Below are positions 1 to 10,048 of a stretch of 64,000 bases of DNA, piece by piece. The translations under genes were made by a program, and so were the position numbers. The notes under the pieces are model-generated. The model did not search any database, was not told the DNA's origin, and saw nothing but the letters and a program-made list of their open reading frames with translations. Position 1 is the first letter of the stretch; every line of letters begins with the position of its first letter. The DNA is from an uncultured Chloroflexia bacterium. Lineage in GTDB: Bacteria > Chloroflexota > Limnocylindria > Limnocylindrales > CSP1-4. The stretch spans positions 640,001-704,000 of the forward strand of contig CAWEZH010000003.1 in the NCBI GenBank assembly GCA_963813535.1. Reading direction: 5' to 3'.

Positions 1-754
1 GGAAGCGACGACGAAACGCCGTGTCATGCGTGTCGACGTAGAGCTGCTCGCCGGTCTCGGCGTCCTCCATGAGGAGCGGGCCGACATCGGGCAGCTCGAC
101 TTCCCGCCGGTCGAACAGCCGGACGGCCATCACCTCGTGGCGCTGGGTCAGCATGTTCAGCGGGCGCTCCCACCCGGGTGCGCTGATGAAGTCCGAGATC
201 ACGAAGACCAGCGACCGGCGCTTGATGGTCTGCCGACCGGCGTCGAGCAGCGGCGCGAGATCGGTGAAGGGCGATGACGCCAGTCGCGGCTGGTCGAGCA
301 GGTCGTTGACGAGCCGCAGGACCTGGACCCGACCGCCACGCGCAGGGATCGTCCGATCCACCTGGCTCCCGAAGAGGATCGCCCCGACGCGGTTTCCGCG
401 GCGGGTCAGGAGTCGAGCAAGCGTCGTGACGAAGTCGATCAGGACGCTCCGCTTGAGCCGCTCGCCCTCGACCGTGCCGAAGTCGACCGACGGGCTGAGG
501 TCGAGGAGGAACCAGGCTGTGACCTCGCGATCCTCGACGTATTGCCGCACGTAGGGCGTCGATGTCCGCGCCGTGACGTTCCAGTCGATGTATCGGACGT
601 CGTCGCCCCACTGGTATTCGCGGAGGTCCGCGAAGTCGATGCCGCTGCCGTGGAACAGCGTCCGGTAGTCGCCCTGCAGCAGGCCGTCGAGTCTGCGGAC
701 GACCTGCCAGTCGAGGCGCTGGAGGATGCGCTCAGGCGCTGACGACGCTGCCAT
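1..754 (-). CDS. DUF58 domain protein (MoxR-associated), truncated at window edge
   Basis: Manual translation from ATG at 754: MAASSAPERILQRLDWQVVRRLDGLLQGDYRTLFHGSGIDFADLREYQWGDDVRYIDWNVTAR, the DUF58 signature; overlaps the MoxR stop; absent from the ORF track because it runs off the edge. Confidence 0.9.
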   Translation of the reverse strand, partial: MAASSAPERILQRLDWQVVRRLDGLLQGDYRTLFHGSGIDFADLREYQWGDDVRYIDWNVTARTSTPYVRQYVEDREVTAWFLLDLSPSVDFGTVEGERLKRSVLIDFVTTLARLLTRRGNRVGAILFGSQVDRTIPARGGRVQVLRLVNDLLDQPRLASSPFTDLAPLLDAGRQTIKRRSLVFVISDFISAPGWERPLNMLTQRHEVMAVRLFDRREVELPDVGPLLMEDAETGEQLYVDTHDTAFRRRF

Positions 755-1739
755 GGTCGCGCAACGGGACGACAGGGACCGGGATGCGGTCGATGATCGT
801 CGTGAGGAGGTCGTCGCTGTCGATGTCGTCGGACAGCGCTTCGAACGAGAGCACCAGCCGGTGGCGCAGGACGTCGAGGGCCATGTCGAGCACGTCCTCC
901 GGGAGTGCGTAGTCGCGACCGCGGACGAACGCCAGGGCACGCGCCGTGAGGATCAGGTTGATCGACGCGCGCGGGCTGGCGCCGAAGGTGATGTAGCGAC
1001 TGAGCTCCCCGAGACCATGCGCCTCCGGTTCTCGGGTCGCCGTGGCGAGCCGAACGGCGTATTCCATCAACGCCGGATCGACGAAGACGCGGTCGGCGGC
1101 ACGCTGCATCTCGATCAGCGACTGGGTCGACAGCACTTCGTGCGCCGTCGGGACCGAGCCGGTCATGCGCTCGACGATGACGAACTCCTCGGTCGGGCTC
1201 GGGTAGCCGACGAGGACCTTCAGCATGAACCGGTCGATCTGGGCCTCGGGGAGCGCGTAGGTCCCCTCGGTCTCGATCGGGTTCTGGGTCGCCAGCACGA
1301 GGAAGGGATCCGGGACCTTGTAGGACTCCTTGCCGATCGTGACCTGACGCTCCTGCATGACCTCGAGGAGCGCGCTCTGGACCTTGGCCGGGGCGCGGTT
1401 GATCTCGTCGGCCAGCAGGAGATTCGCGAACACGGGCCCGAGCGACGTCCCGAAATCGCCCGTCTTCTGGTTGTAGATGCGAGTGCCGACCAGATCGGCA
1501 GGGACGAGGTCCGGCGTGAACTGGATCCGCTTGAACTCACCACCGATGGCCTCGGCCAGGGTCCGGATAGCCATCGTCTTGGCCAGTCCGGGCACGCCTT
1601 CGACGAGGATGTGACCCCGGGCGAGGAGCGCCACGATGAGTCGCTCGAGCAGGTGATCCTGCCCGACGATCACCTTCTTGACCTCGTACAACAGCCGCTC
1701 CATCGGGGCGGCTCCGTCCTGGCTGGCTGAGTGGTCCAC
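732..1739 (-). CDS. MoxR-family AAA+ ATPase
   Basis: GHILVEGVPGLAKT Walker A, RIQFTPDLVPAD, LLADEINRAPAKVQSALLE, ATQNPIETEGTYALPEAQIDRF. Confidence 0.95.
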   Translation of the reverse strand: MDHSASQDGAAPMERLLYEVKKVIVGQDHLLERLIVALLARGHILVEGVPGLAKTMAIRTLAEAIGGEFKRIQFTPDLVPADLVGTRIYNQKTGDFGTSLGPVFANLLLADEINRAPAKVQSALLEVMQERQVTIGKESYKVPDPFLVLATQNPIETEGTYALPEAQIDRFMLKVLVGYPSPTEEFVIVERMTGSVPTAHEVLSTQSLIEMQRAADRVFVDPALMEYAVRLATATREPEAHGLGELSRYITFGASPRASINLILTARALAFVRGRDYALPEDVLDMALDVLRHRLVLSFEALSDDIDSDDLLTTIIDRIPVPVVPLRDHGSVVSA

Positions 1740-1780
1740 GCGTCGATCCCCTGCGCTACGGATGATGTCGGGCGATGGCG

Positions 1781-2605
1781 TCAGTAGGGCGGGAGCCCGG
1801 CGGCGCCGCCTGCGACGTCGATCGGCACGGCCAGGCCGATGCCGATGAAGACGTCGTCATTCGTTGGATTCAGCAGCGCCGTGACGATGCCGATGACATG
1901 TCCCTCTCTATCGAGTAACGGTCCGCCGGAGTTGCCCGGATTGACCGCCGCATCGATCTGGATCAAGCCGCGCAACACGACCCCGTTCTCCTCGAGCTTG
2001 AAGGAGCGGCCGAGCCCGGAGATCACGCCCTCGCTCATCGAGGCGGCAAGGCCGAACGGGCTGCCGACCGCGTAGGCCTCGCTCCCCTCGCGGACACCGT
2101 TCGGGTCGCCCAGGGTCGCGGGCACGATCTCTGCCGGTGGGCTCGCCGCGCGAAGCACCGCGATGTCGTTGGACGCGTCACGGGCCACGATCTCGGCCGG
2201 GGATCGGGTGCCGTCGGCGAACGTCACCGCGACGTCCGTGGCGTCGCCGACGACATGCAGGCTTGTCAGTATGTCGCCCGCGAGGTTGATCACGACCCCG
2301 CTGCCGACCCCCTCATCGGCACCTGTCCCGCCGTTCGCAGCCGGCCGCTCGATCTCGATGAGCACGACCGATGGTCGGACTGCGGCGTACACGGTTTCCG
2401 AGAAGGCCGGCGGGGGCGTCACCGACGCCAAGGCCTCACCGACCTGCGCGTCGACGTCGTCCCGCGTCAGCGGCGGTGGCCCGGGGAACACGACGTTGTA
2501 CGCGACCACGGCCCCGAAGGCGACGACGGCGCCGACGACGTACGGGACCGACCGACCGAGTCGGCGTATCCGTCGCGGCGCGTCTCCCGATGGGGGCCCT
2601 GTCAT
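1781..2605 (-). CDS. Membrane-anchored S1C trypsin-like serine protease without PDZ
   Basis: GSGVVI, LTSLHVV, DIAVL, IQIDAAVNPGNSGGPL; N-terminal TM; start chosen at MTGPPSG. Confidence 0.88.
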   Translation of the reverse strand: MTGPPSGDAPRRIRRLGRSVPYVVGAVVAFGAVVAYNVVFPGPPPLTRDDVDAQVGEALASVTPPPAFSETVYAAVRPSVVLIEIERPAANGGTGADEGVGSGVVINLAGDILTSLHVVGDATDVAVTFADGTRSPAEIVARDASNDIAVLRAASPPAEIVPATLGDPNGVREGSEAYAVGSPFGLAASMSEGVISGLGRSFKLEENGVVLRGLIQIDAAVNPGNSGGPLLDREGHVIGIVTALLNPTNDDVFIGIGLAVPIDVAGGAAGLPPY

Positions 2606-2699
2606 CTCGTCCACCCGTGCGGCCTGACCGCAGTCTAGCGCGAGGTCACCGATGGCCGGGATCGAGCCCCCCGCTCGTAGGCCTGATCGGGTCGGTCGC

Positions 2700-3575
2700 T
2701 CAGCGACCCGCAGCGACCGGCATGCCGACGAGCTCGGCGCTGACCTGCCACAGACGTGCCGTGGTGGCCCGGTCGTAGGAGGTCGCCTGGGAGGTCTTGG
2801 CCTTTGCGCCGGCGAAGTAGGTGCCGGTGATGCCCTCGACGTCGGCCGAACTGGCCAGATGGACCGAGGTCTCGGCACCACGTTCGGGGCTCTTCATGAA
2901 GGGTCGCATGAGGGCGATGAGCGGGCCCCATCCACGCGCGGTGTCCTCCCTCCCGAAGGCGGTGCTCGTCACGCCGGGGTGCAGGACGGTGGCGGTGACC
3001 CCAGTCCCTTCGAGCCGGCGTGCCAGCTCGTAGGTGAACATCACGTTGGCCAGCTTCGACTGGTTGTACGCACGCTGGCCGGAGTAATCGGGCTTGCCCA
3101 TCAGGTCATCGAAATCGATCCTGCCCATCGATTGGGCTCCAGACGACACGGTCACGATGCGCGCGGGCGCGCTGGCCTTGAGCCGATCCAGAAGGAGGTC
3201 GGTCAGCAGGAATGGCGCCAGGTGATTGAGCGCGAACGTGCGCTCCAACCCGTCCGTGGTCAGATGCCTGTGGGCCCAGAACCCGCCGACGTTGTTGAGG
3301 AGCACGTCGAGCCGCGGGTAGGCGGCGAGCACCTCGCCGGCCAGCCGCCGGACTCCGGCCTGCGAGGACATGTCGGCGACGAACACATCCACCGCCGCGT
3401 TGCCCGACACGCTGGCGATCTCCGACGCCGCCTGCTCTGCCCGCGCGAGGTCGCGGCCCGTGATGCCCACGCGGGCACCCATCGAGGCAAGGCCGATCGC
3501 CGACGCCTTGCCGATCCCGCCGGTGCCACCAGTGACCAGTACGGTCTTGCCGGTCATCGACGAGGTGGCAACCAT
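2700..3575 (-). CDS. SDR oxidoreductase (retinol dehydrogenase-like)
   Basis: VLVTGGTGGIG, LNNVG, FALNHLAPFLLT, YNQSKLAN; GAAAGGA RBS before ATG 3575. Confidence 0.92.
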   Translation of the reverse strand: MVATSSMTGKTVLVTGGTGGIGKASAIGLASMGARVGITGRDLARAEQAASEIASVSGNAAVDVFVADMSSQAGVRRLAGEVLAAYPRLDVLLNNVGGFWAHRHLTTDGLERTFALNHLAPFLLTDLLLDRLKASAPARIVTVSSGAQSMGRIDFDDLMGKPDYSGQRAYNQSKLANVMFTYELARRLEGTGVTATVLHPGVTSTAFGREDTARGWGPLIALMRPFMKSPERGAETSVHLASSADVEGITGTYFAGAKAKTSQATSYDRATTARLWQVSAELVGMPVAAGR

Positions 3576-3660
3576 CGTGCGCTTCCTTTCGGTGTCAGTG
3601 CGGCGCCCGACATCCCTTGACGGGGTGTTCGGGCGCCGCGAGTGCTCGGACGGCGATGCG

Positions 3661-4068
3661 TCAGACGGTGATCGGCGCAGGCACGCGACGGGAGGCGGCC
3701 AGGGCCGTGCCATCCGGCCCGACGATCACGTAGGCGATCATCGCCAGGAACCCGAAGTTGAAGATCCCCAGCAGCAGCAGCGCGAGGAACCAGGCTTTGC
3801 TGTCGAGCTGCGCCGTGTTCAACAGCGCTCCGATCCACGACACGAGGCCGCCGATCATCGCGCCGACGATCGCGAAACCGCCGGCCACGCCGACCGCGAG
3901 CAAGGCAAGGGCGAGCGGCCCGCCATTGACGCCGACGACGTTGTTGCCGTTCATGACGAACACATCGTTCGCCATCGCGAGGCCCACGGCGATGATCAGG
4001 AGGATGGCGCCCGCGACTGCTGCGATGACGCTGCCGATGAAGAGTCGGGTGACTGTTGCCTTGGACAC
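3661..4068 (-). CDS. Small multi-TM hypothetical membrane protein
   Basis: Three hydrophobic segments; AAGGAG RBS before GTG 4068; co-oriented in the oxidoreductase operon. Confidence 0.75.
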   Translation of the reverse strand: MSKATVTRLFIGSVIAAVAGAILLIIAVGLAMANDVFVMNGNNVVGVNGGPLALALLAVGVAGGFAIVGAMIGGLVSWIGALLNTAQLDSKAWFLALLLLGIFNFGFLAMIAYVIVGPDGTALAASRRVPAPITV

Positions 4069-4127
4069 GGGAGGTCTCCTTTGTGTCGATGTCGGACTCG
4101 TGGTGTGGACTGGATCCGTGTGGATCC

Positions 4128-5153
4128 TCATGCGGCGGTCCCTGCCAGCGTCAGCGCTTGTGCAGGAGCGCTCGACGTCGCGGATGGCGACGGCGCCACC
4201 GCGACGACGATCGTGCCGCGGGCGTGACCCTGAGCGACGTGCTCGATGGCATCACGCGTTCGCTCCAGCGGGTACGTCCCACCGATGACCGGCGCGATCC
4301 TCCCGGCTTCGCTCAGCGCCTTGAGTTCCAGCAGGTCGGCAGCGTTCTGGGTCTTCAATGACGGCCCGGCCTGCTGGCGTACGAACATGGACACGATCGC
4401 GGTCCTGATCGTCCGGCTGAGCTTGCCGCCGGCGTGGCCACCGCCGTTGGAGATCAGCTTCCCGTTCGGCGTGAGGGCTCGCCTCGTCTCGGCCATCGAG
4501 TGGTTCCCGACGTTGTCGAGGATGAGGTCGAAGCGCTGTCCGCCCTTCGTGAAGTCTTCAGCGGTGTAGTCGATGACATGATCGGCGCCGATCGAGCGCA
4601 CGAGGTCGACGTTCCTGGTGCTGGTGACGCCGGTGACCTCGGCTCCGAGCGCCTTGGCGATCTGCACGCCGAATGAGCCCACCCCTCCCGATGCCCCATT
4701 GATCAGGACCTTCTGCCCGGGCTGGACGCGTCCGTCATCGCGGAGGAGCTGGAGGGCGGTCGTCGCCGACACGCCCACGGCGGCCGCTTGCTCGAACGTG
4801 AGGTCGGCCGGCTTCTTGACCAACTGGTCCTCGGTCGCCCGTGCGTACTCGGCGAACGCTCCATCGGCCCAGCCGAAGACCTCGTCGCCTGGGATGAATC
4901 CGCGCACGTCCCTGCCGACCGCCTCGACGGTGCCCGCGAGATCCGTGCCGGGAACCGGGTTCTTCGGCTTGCGCAGTCCGGTGGCGAAGCGCATGACGAA
5001 CGGCGTGCCGGTCATGAGGATCCAATCACCGACGTGGATCGATGCGGCATGAACGCGGACCAGGACCTCGTCGTCGCCGATCTCTGGCTTGTCGACATCC
5101 CGCGCCTGCAGGACGGCAGGTGAGCCGTAGCTGTCTTGGACGATCGCCCTCAT
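4128..5153 (-). CDS. NAD(P)-dependent medium-chain (MDR/QOR-like) oxidoreductase
   Basis: VLVRVHAASI, PGTDLAGTVEAVG, GQKVLINGASGGVG, GADHVIDY. Confidence 0.92.
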   Translation of the reverse strand: MRAIVQDSYGSPAVLQARDVDKPEIGDDEVLVRVHAASIHVGDWILMTGTPFVMRFATGLRKPKNPVPGTDLAGTVEAVGRDVRGFIPGDEVFGWADGAFAEYARATEDQLVKKPADLTFEQAAAVGVSATTALQLLRDDGRVQPGQKVLINGASGGVGSFGVQIAKALGAEVTGVTSTRNVDLVRSIGADHVIDYTAEDFTKGGQRFDLILDNVGNHSMAETRRALTPNGKLISNGGGHAGGKLSRTIRTAIVSMFVRQQAGPSLKTQNAADLLELKALSEAGRIAPVIGGTYPLERTRDAIEHVAQGHARGTIVVAVAPSPSATSSAPAQALTLAGTAA

Positions 5154-5167
5154 CTGTGTCTCCCGAC

Positions 5168-5209
5168 TTTACGATGTAAACCTGACGCCGTAAACCATAC
5201 GGTGTAAAG
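5168..5209. promoter_or_regulatory. Three tandem 14-bp boxes, putative TetR operators
   Basis: TTTACGATGTAAAC / CTGACGCCGTAAAC / CATACGGTGTAAAG between divergent MDR and TetR genes; the first is an inverted repeat. Confidence 0.65.
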
Positions 5210-5259
5210 TAGACAGTGTCAACAGCACATATCACGCGAACCGCTTCCTGGAGAAGTCG

Positions 5260-5934
5260 ATGACCACGCAGACCGACGAAACCACCCAGCGACGTGTCCC
5301 ACTGACGCGCGCTCGGGTCCTCGAGATCGCCGTCGCGCGTGCCGATGTCGGCGGCCTCGAGGCCCTCTCGATGCGCAAGCTGGGCCAGGAGCTCGGTGTC
5401 GAGGCGATGGCGCTCTACCACCACTTCGCGAACAAGGACGACCTCGTGGACGGGATGGTCGATCTGGTCTTCACCGAGATCGAGCTGCCTGACTCCGGGC
5501 CTGACTGGAGGAGCGCCATGCGCAAGAGGGCTGTCTCGGTGCGTGACGCGCTGCTCCGCCACCGCTGGGCGATCGGCTTGATGGAGTCGCGCCGGGCGCC
5601 CGGTCCGGCGAACCTTCGACACCACGACGCGGTGATCGGCAGCCTTCGCGCAGGCGGCTTCGACATCGCGATGGCCGCCCACGCCTACTCGCTACTGGAC
5701 AGCTACATCTACGGCTTTGCGCTCACCAAGATGAACCTCCCCTTCCAATCCTCAGAGGAGGTCGGCGACGTGGCCGAGGCCATGCTCGCGCCGTTCCCGG
5801 CAGGTGAGTACCCGCATCTCCTCGAGATCCTGACCGACCACGTGATGCAGCCTGGGTACGACTACGGCGACGAGTTCGAACTCGGGCTGGATCTCATCCT
5901 CGACGGCCTCGAGCGGATGCGCAACGAAGCCTGA
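5260..5934 (+). CDS. TetR/AcrR family regulator with TetR_C domain
   Basis: [30 protein letters not shown]; [13 protein letters not shown]-terminus. Confidence 0.93.
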   Translation: MTTQTDETTQRRVPLTRARVLEIAVARADVGGLEALSMRKLGQELGVEAMALYHHFANKDDLVDGMVDLVFTEIELPDSGPDWRSAMRKRAVSVRDALLRHRWAIGLMESRRAPGPANLRHHDAVIGSLRAGGFDIAMAAHAYSLLDSYIYGFALTKMNLPFQSSEEVGDVAEAMLAPFPAGEYPHLLEILTDHVMQPGYDYGDEFELGLDLILDGLERMRNEA

Positions 5935-6016
5935 CCTCGGTGGCCCCATCGGCCATGCGTGGAGCCGTGACTATGAGGTCAGGGACCGTCGCCGCATCGG
6001 GGCGCAGGATCGATCG

Positions 6017-7279
6017 ATGCGATCGCCGGCTCCACTCGCGTCCAGCGTCAGCGTGGCGCGGCCCCATCCGTCGCGAGCGTGGCTCTCCGTCCAGCCCCGC
6101 CGGCTCCTGGCCAGGATCCGCGAGAGCGAGTACGCGACCGTCGGAGCGAGCCCTCGATTCCGTGCCGTCCAGCGACGTCGGACCGTAGCAGCCAGTCGCG
6201 TCGGGTTCGTCGTCATCGCGGCCGCCGTCTTCTTCGACGCGATCGCGTTGTACGACATCCAACCGGGCATGGGGCCCATCCTTCTCGCGCTGAACGGCAC
6301 GGTCGCCGCCCTCGCACTCCTCGGCGTCTACGCCCTCGGCCACGGGCTTCGCCGACGACCCGAACCGATCACCGCGCTCGTCACGCTGGCCGTCGTGTTC
6401 GCGACGGCGATGACTGCCTTCCTCGTGCCTGAGCTCGCGGTCCAGACCATCGGCTACCTGCTGCTCATCCCGGGCCTCGTCGCGTTGATCGTCCCCTGGA
6501 GCACGCGCGCACATGTGTGGTGGCTGGCGGGGTACGCCGTGATCGCCTATGGCTATCTCATGTTCGGGCCGAGCCCGGTCCTCAGCGTCGTGGACCGCAG
6601 CGACCTGATCGTCGTGGGCGTCATCGCGGTCGCCACGAGCCTGGCCGGTCACGTCCTGCTGCAGCGCGCCCAGATCAAGAATCACACCCAGTTGCAGAAG
6701 ATCCAGTCGCTCCATCGCCGAGCCGACGCGGATATGGCCGAGCTCGCGCGCGTCCACCACGCCCTCGAGGAAACGGCGCGGGTGGATCCGTTGACCGGTG
6801 CCGGCAACCGCCTTCGATTGCGCGAGGACCTCCGCTCTACCCGGGCCCGCATGAACCGACTCCATCACAGCTACGGACTCGTCGTGCTCGATCTCGATCA
6901 CTTCAAGCGCGTCAACGACGAGCTCGGCCATCTCGCCGGCGACGCGGCCCTCAAGGGCGTCGTCGCCGCGATCAAGGACACCATTCGCGCCGAGGACGCG
7001 ATCTATCGCTTCGGCGGCGAGGAGTTCCTCGTCGTCCTGCGCCTCGACACGTTCGAGAACCTGACGACAGCTGCCGAGCGCCTGCGGGCGGCTGTCGCCG
7101 ATGCCCGGATCGCGCATCCCTCGAACGAGCCGCTGGACGTCGTGACGATCAGCCTTGGCTGCGTGCTCCTGACCCCGGGCGACCTCAGTCAGTCCGACGA
7201 CGAGTGGTTCGCCAGGGCCGATGCCGCGCTCTACCGGGCCAAGGCCAACGGTCGCAATCGGGCCGAGGTCACCGCCTGA
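6017..7279 (+). CDS. Membrane-bound diguanylate cyclase
   Basis: About six TM helices, DPLTG, DLDHFKRVND, RAED I-site and GGEEF; start uncertain. Confidence 0.92.
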   Translation: MRSPAPLASSVSVARPHPSRAWLSVQPRRLLARIRESEYATVGASPRFRAVQRRRTVAASRVGFVVIAAAVFFDAIALYDIQPGMGPILLALNGTVAALALLGVYALGHGLRRRPEPITALVTLAVVFATAMTAFLVPELAVQTIGYLLLIPGLVALIVPWSTRAHVWWLAGYAVIAYGYLMFGPSPVLSVVDRSDLIVVGVIAVATSLAGHVLLQRAQIKNHTQLQKIQSLHRRADADMAELARVHHALEETARVDPLTGAGNRLRLREDLRSTRARMNRLHHSYGLVVLDLDHFKRVNDELGHLAGDAALKGVVAAIKDTIRAEDAIYRFGGEEFLVVLRLDTFENLTTAAERLRAAVADARIAHPSNEPLDVVTISLGCVLLTPGDLSQSDDEWFARADAALYRAKANGRNRAEVTA

Positions 7280-7282
7280 GGA

Positions 7283-7945
7283 TCACTCGGGGAACGTGAC
7301 CGAGTGGAGCAGCTCGAGGAACGTGGCGCGATCGGCCGGGTCGTTGGCGGCGTGGATGGCCGGATCGCGGAAGCCGAACAGGTAGGCGTTCCCATCGTGG
7401 ACGGCGATCGCGTTGTTGATCAGGATCCCGCAGTCCCATCCCAACAGGACGGCAGCCTCGCCCCCGATGTCGATCGGATCGTTGACCTCAGGCACAGCCG
7501 GGCACGTGTCGCTGTGCTCCGCGGCATTGATGGCAATGCTTTCCTTGACCTTGCCGGCCAGGTCCTTGGTCGTCGGTGCCTCGAACAACCAGGCACTCGA
7601 CGCCGCCCGACTGATGAACTGATCCGCCTGCGGCACGTCGTGGAATGGGGCTCCCTTGCCGTCCCATGCCTTGGTCGCCTGGATCGCCGTCCAGCCGGCC
7701 GGTAGCGTCAGCGAGTAGCCGTACGTCTTCGAGGTGAAACTCGTGGTTGCCGCCGACGCACTCGGGGATACGGTCACCGCGGGGCTCGGCGCCGACGGCG
7801 ACGCCGAGGCCACCGTTGACGCGGAGGCTGCCGGTTCGCTCGACGGCGTCGCGGATGCGTCGATCGTAGGCGAGGAGCCACCGGCACAGGCGGCGACGAC
7901 CAGCGCGGCCGCGATGCCGACCGAGGCGCGAACGATGTTCGACAT
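7283..7945 (-). CDS. Hypothetical lipoprotein (PsbP-like surface domain possible)
   Basis: Lipobox LVVAAC, Ser/Ala/Pro linker, YGYSLTLPAGW; GGAGG RBS before ATG 7945. Confidence 0.7.
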   Translation of the reverse strand: MSNIVRASVGIAAALVVAACAGGSSPTIDASATPSSEPAASASTVASASPSAPSPAVTVSPSASAATTSFTSKTYGYSLTLPAGWTAIQATKAWDGKGAPFHDVPQADQFISRAASSAWLFEAPTTKDLAGKVKESIAINAAEHSDTCPAVPEVNDPIDIGGEAAVLLGWDCGILINNAIAVHDGNAYLFGFRDPAIHAANDPADRATFLELLHSVTFPE

Positions 7946-8007
7946 CAGATCCTCCATTCGAACGGCACATGCCGCAATCAACGTCGATGGCTGCATCCCT
8001 GACCTCC

Positions 8008-9333
8008 TCATGGTTCGAGCCGTTGCCAGCTCGGCTTGCAGACGACCCGGCCATCGACGCTCTGCAACGTCACCGGGGGTTGCCGAAGCTCTCGATCGAT
8101 CGAGCGCAAGACGCTGCGAAATGTCGCGGAGTCCGACGAACTGACCTCGACCCAGAGCAATGCGGCCCCGTCCGGAGACCAGACGAACCACTCGGACTCG
8201 GGTCCGAGGACGGGCTCACCAGAGGGCATCGATCCCTCCATGTGCACGGTGGTCAGGCGGTGCACCGCTCCGTCGGCAGACGATTCGTACGCCAGGATCT
8301 CGCCGTCCGGCGACCACTCGGGTTGGCTCTCGGTATCTGGCGTGTGGGTGATCTCCCGATCGCCGGTCCCGTCGGCGCCGATCACGAAGATGTCGCGCGG
8401 TGGGTAGGCGGATGGGGCTGGGTCGATGCCCGGCGAGGAAGCTGGCTGACCATCGGGCAGACCGACGTAGGCGATCGTCTGGCCATCCGGTGACCACGAC
8501 ATCCCGTCGTCGAGGAGGGCTGGCCGGGTCGTCAGGCGGCGCAGATCGGCTCCGTCCGCGTCGATCACGTCGATGGCCGAACGCACGTGCACGCCGGTGC
8601 TGGGGTCCGTGACGAATGCCGCGAAGGCGAGGCGACGGCCATCCGGTGACCACACCGGGGAGGCGTAGTTCGATGACGCGTCCCCTGACAGGATGCGGTC
8701 GGGCGCACCGCCGTCCAGTGGCGCGACCCAGAGCTCGACGCTGTCGGCGAGCTCTTTGAACCATGCGACACGGGTCCCATCGGGCGACAGGGCATATGCC
8801 ACCGATGTGGGCGGCTCATCGACGAGGAGGATCGTCCTGGCCGGTGTCCCATCGGCGCGCTCGACAACGAGGGACGCCGCCCCCTCGTACGAGACGGCCG
8901 CGAGCACGCTTCCGTCCGCCGAGTAGGTCGGACAGCGACCGGATTCGATGCCGTGATCGCCCGATCCGTCCGGGTTGATCAGATGCGTCCCGGCGGCCTG
9001 GTGGTTGTTGCCCTGGACCGTGAAGACGATGACGCCATTGCGTGCCAGGGGCAGGAGCGGCTCGGTCTGGAACGCGCCGACGGCGAGGGCGGCGAGGACG
9101 ACGATCAGCAGGAGGCTCAACAGGAGCAGGACGTACGCGGCGCGCACCGCCGGTCGGCCCATCCCCATGCGCTCCGCCCAACGTCGAAGCCGGTCGCTCA
9201 GCGCGCCACTGCCGGTTCGGTCGTCTGCGATCGCTCCACGCGCGATGGCTGTGTCGTCCATCGCCGGCGCGAGGTCGGCATAGCGTGCCAGCGCGTCGGC
9301 AAATCGGGTCTCGAAGGTCGGGTCGTCACGCAT
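8008..9333 (-). CDS. Putative anti-sigma membrane protein with TolB/PD40-like beta-propeller
   Basis: Short cytoplasmic N-terminus, one TM, repeated (W)SPDG motifs; overlaps the upstream ECF sigma stop. Confidence 0.8.
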   Translation of the reverse strand: MRDDPTFETRFADALARYADLAPAMDDTAIARGAIADDRTGSGALSDRLRRWAERMGMGRPAVRAAYVLLLLSLLLIVVLAALAVGAFQTEPLLPLARNGVIVFTVQGNNHQAAGTHLINPDGSGDHGIESGRCPTYSADGSVLAAVSYEGAASLVVERADGTPARTILLVDEPPTSVAYALSPDGTRVAWFKELADSVELWVAPLDGGAPDRILSGDASSNYASPVWSPDGRRLAFAAFVTDPSTGVHVRSAIDVIDADGADLRRLTTRPALLDDGMSWSPDGQTIAYVGLPDGQPASSPGIDPAPSAYPPRDIFVIGADGTGDREITHTPDTESQPEWSPDGEILAYESSADGAVHRLTTVHMEGSMPSGEPVLGPESEWFVWSPDGAALLWVEVSSSDSATFRSVLRSIDRELRQPPVTLQSVDGRVVCKPSWQRLEP

Positions 9334-9871
9334 GGTCGATATCCGTTCGGAGTCTTTCCATGAGCCGCGCCAGGCGAGTCCGGACCCCTGACGCCGACAG
9401 ACCGACGTGGCGAGCGATCTGCGTCGAATCGAGATCTGCCACGAACCGCAATGCCAGGAGCCGTCGGTCGTCCGGGCTCAGTCGTGCCAGCGCGCGCTGG
9501 AGATCGACAAGGCCGATGACATCGGCTGGGTCGCCGCCGGCAGCCACGTCAAGCACGTTGGAGATGTCGATGACCGGGCGACGTCGTTGCCCGCGCATGG
9601 ACTGGCGAGCTTCGTTGGCAGCGATGGCGATGAGCCAGGGCCGCACCTGATCCGGGTCACGCAATGTCGGCAGACGACGCCACGCGATCGACCAGGCTGC
9701 CTGGACGGCGTCGCGCGTCGCCTCGGGATCGCCGCAGATGACGAACGCGACTCGCGCCATGGCCTCGCGGTGCTGTGACACGAGGCGCGTGAAGGCTCCC
9801 TCGTCACCTTCCGCCGCGAGGCGGACCGTCGTCGCCACGACCGATGCGTCCTGCACGGCGATCCCCGTCAT
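9326..9871 (-). CDS. ECF sigma-70 factor
   Basis: GDEGAFTRLV, DAVQAAW, WLIAIAANEAR (region 2); LALRFVADLDSTQIA, GVRTRLAR (region 4). Confidence 0.9.
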   Translation of the reverse strand: MTGIAVQDASVVATTVRLAAEGDEGAFTRLVSQHREAMARVAFVICGDPEATRDAVQAAWSIAWRRLPTLRDPDQVRPWLIAIAANEARQSMRGQRRRPVIDISNVLDVAAGGDPADVIGLVDLQRALARLSPDDRRLLALRFVADLDSTQIARHVGLSASGVRTRLARLMERLRTDIDHA

Positions 9872-10048
9872 ATGAGGTAGATGCCGTCGAGGTGGCAAGT
9901 GTCCCACCATCTGCCGTCGTCGCTGTCAGCCGATCACGATGCGGCAGGCCGCCTGGCGCTCCCCGGACGGCGTGGTCAGCGCCGCATTCCAGTACCAATC
10001 GGTCATGGCGTGAAGGAGCGTGTCCTTCGTACGGTGCGGTCTAGCACC

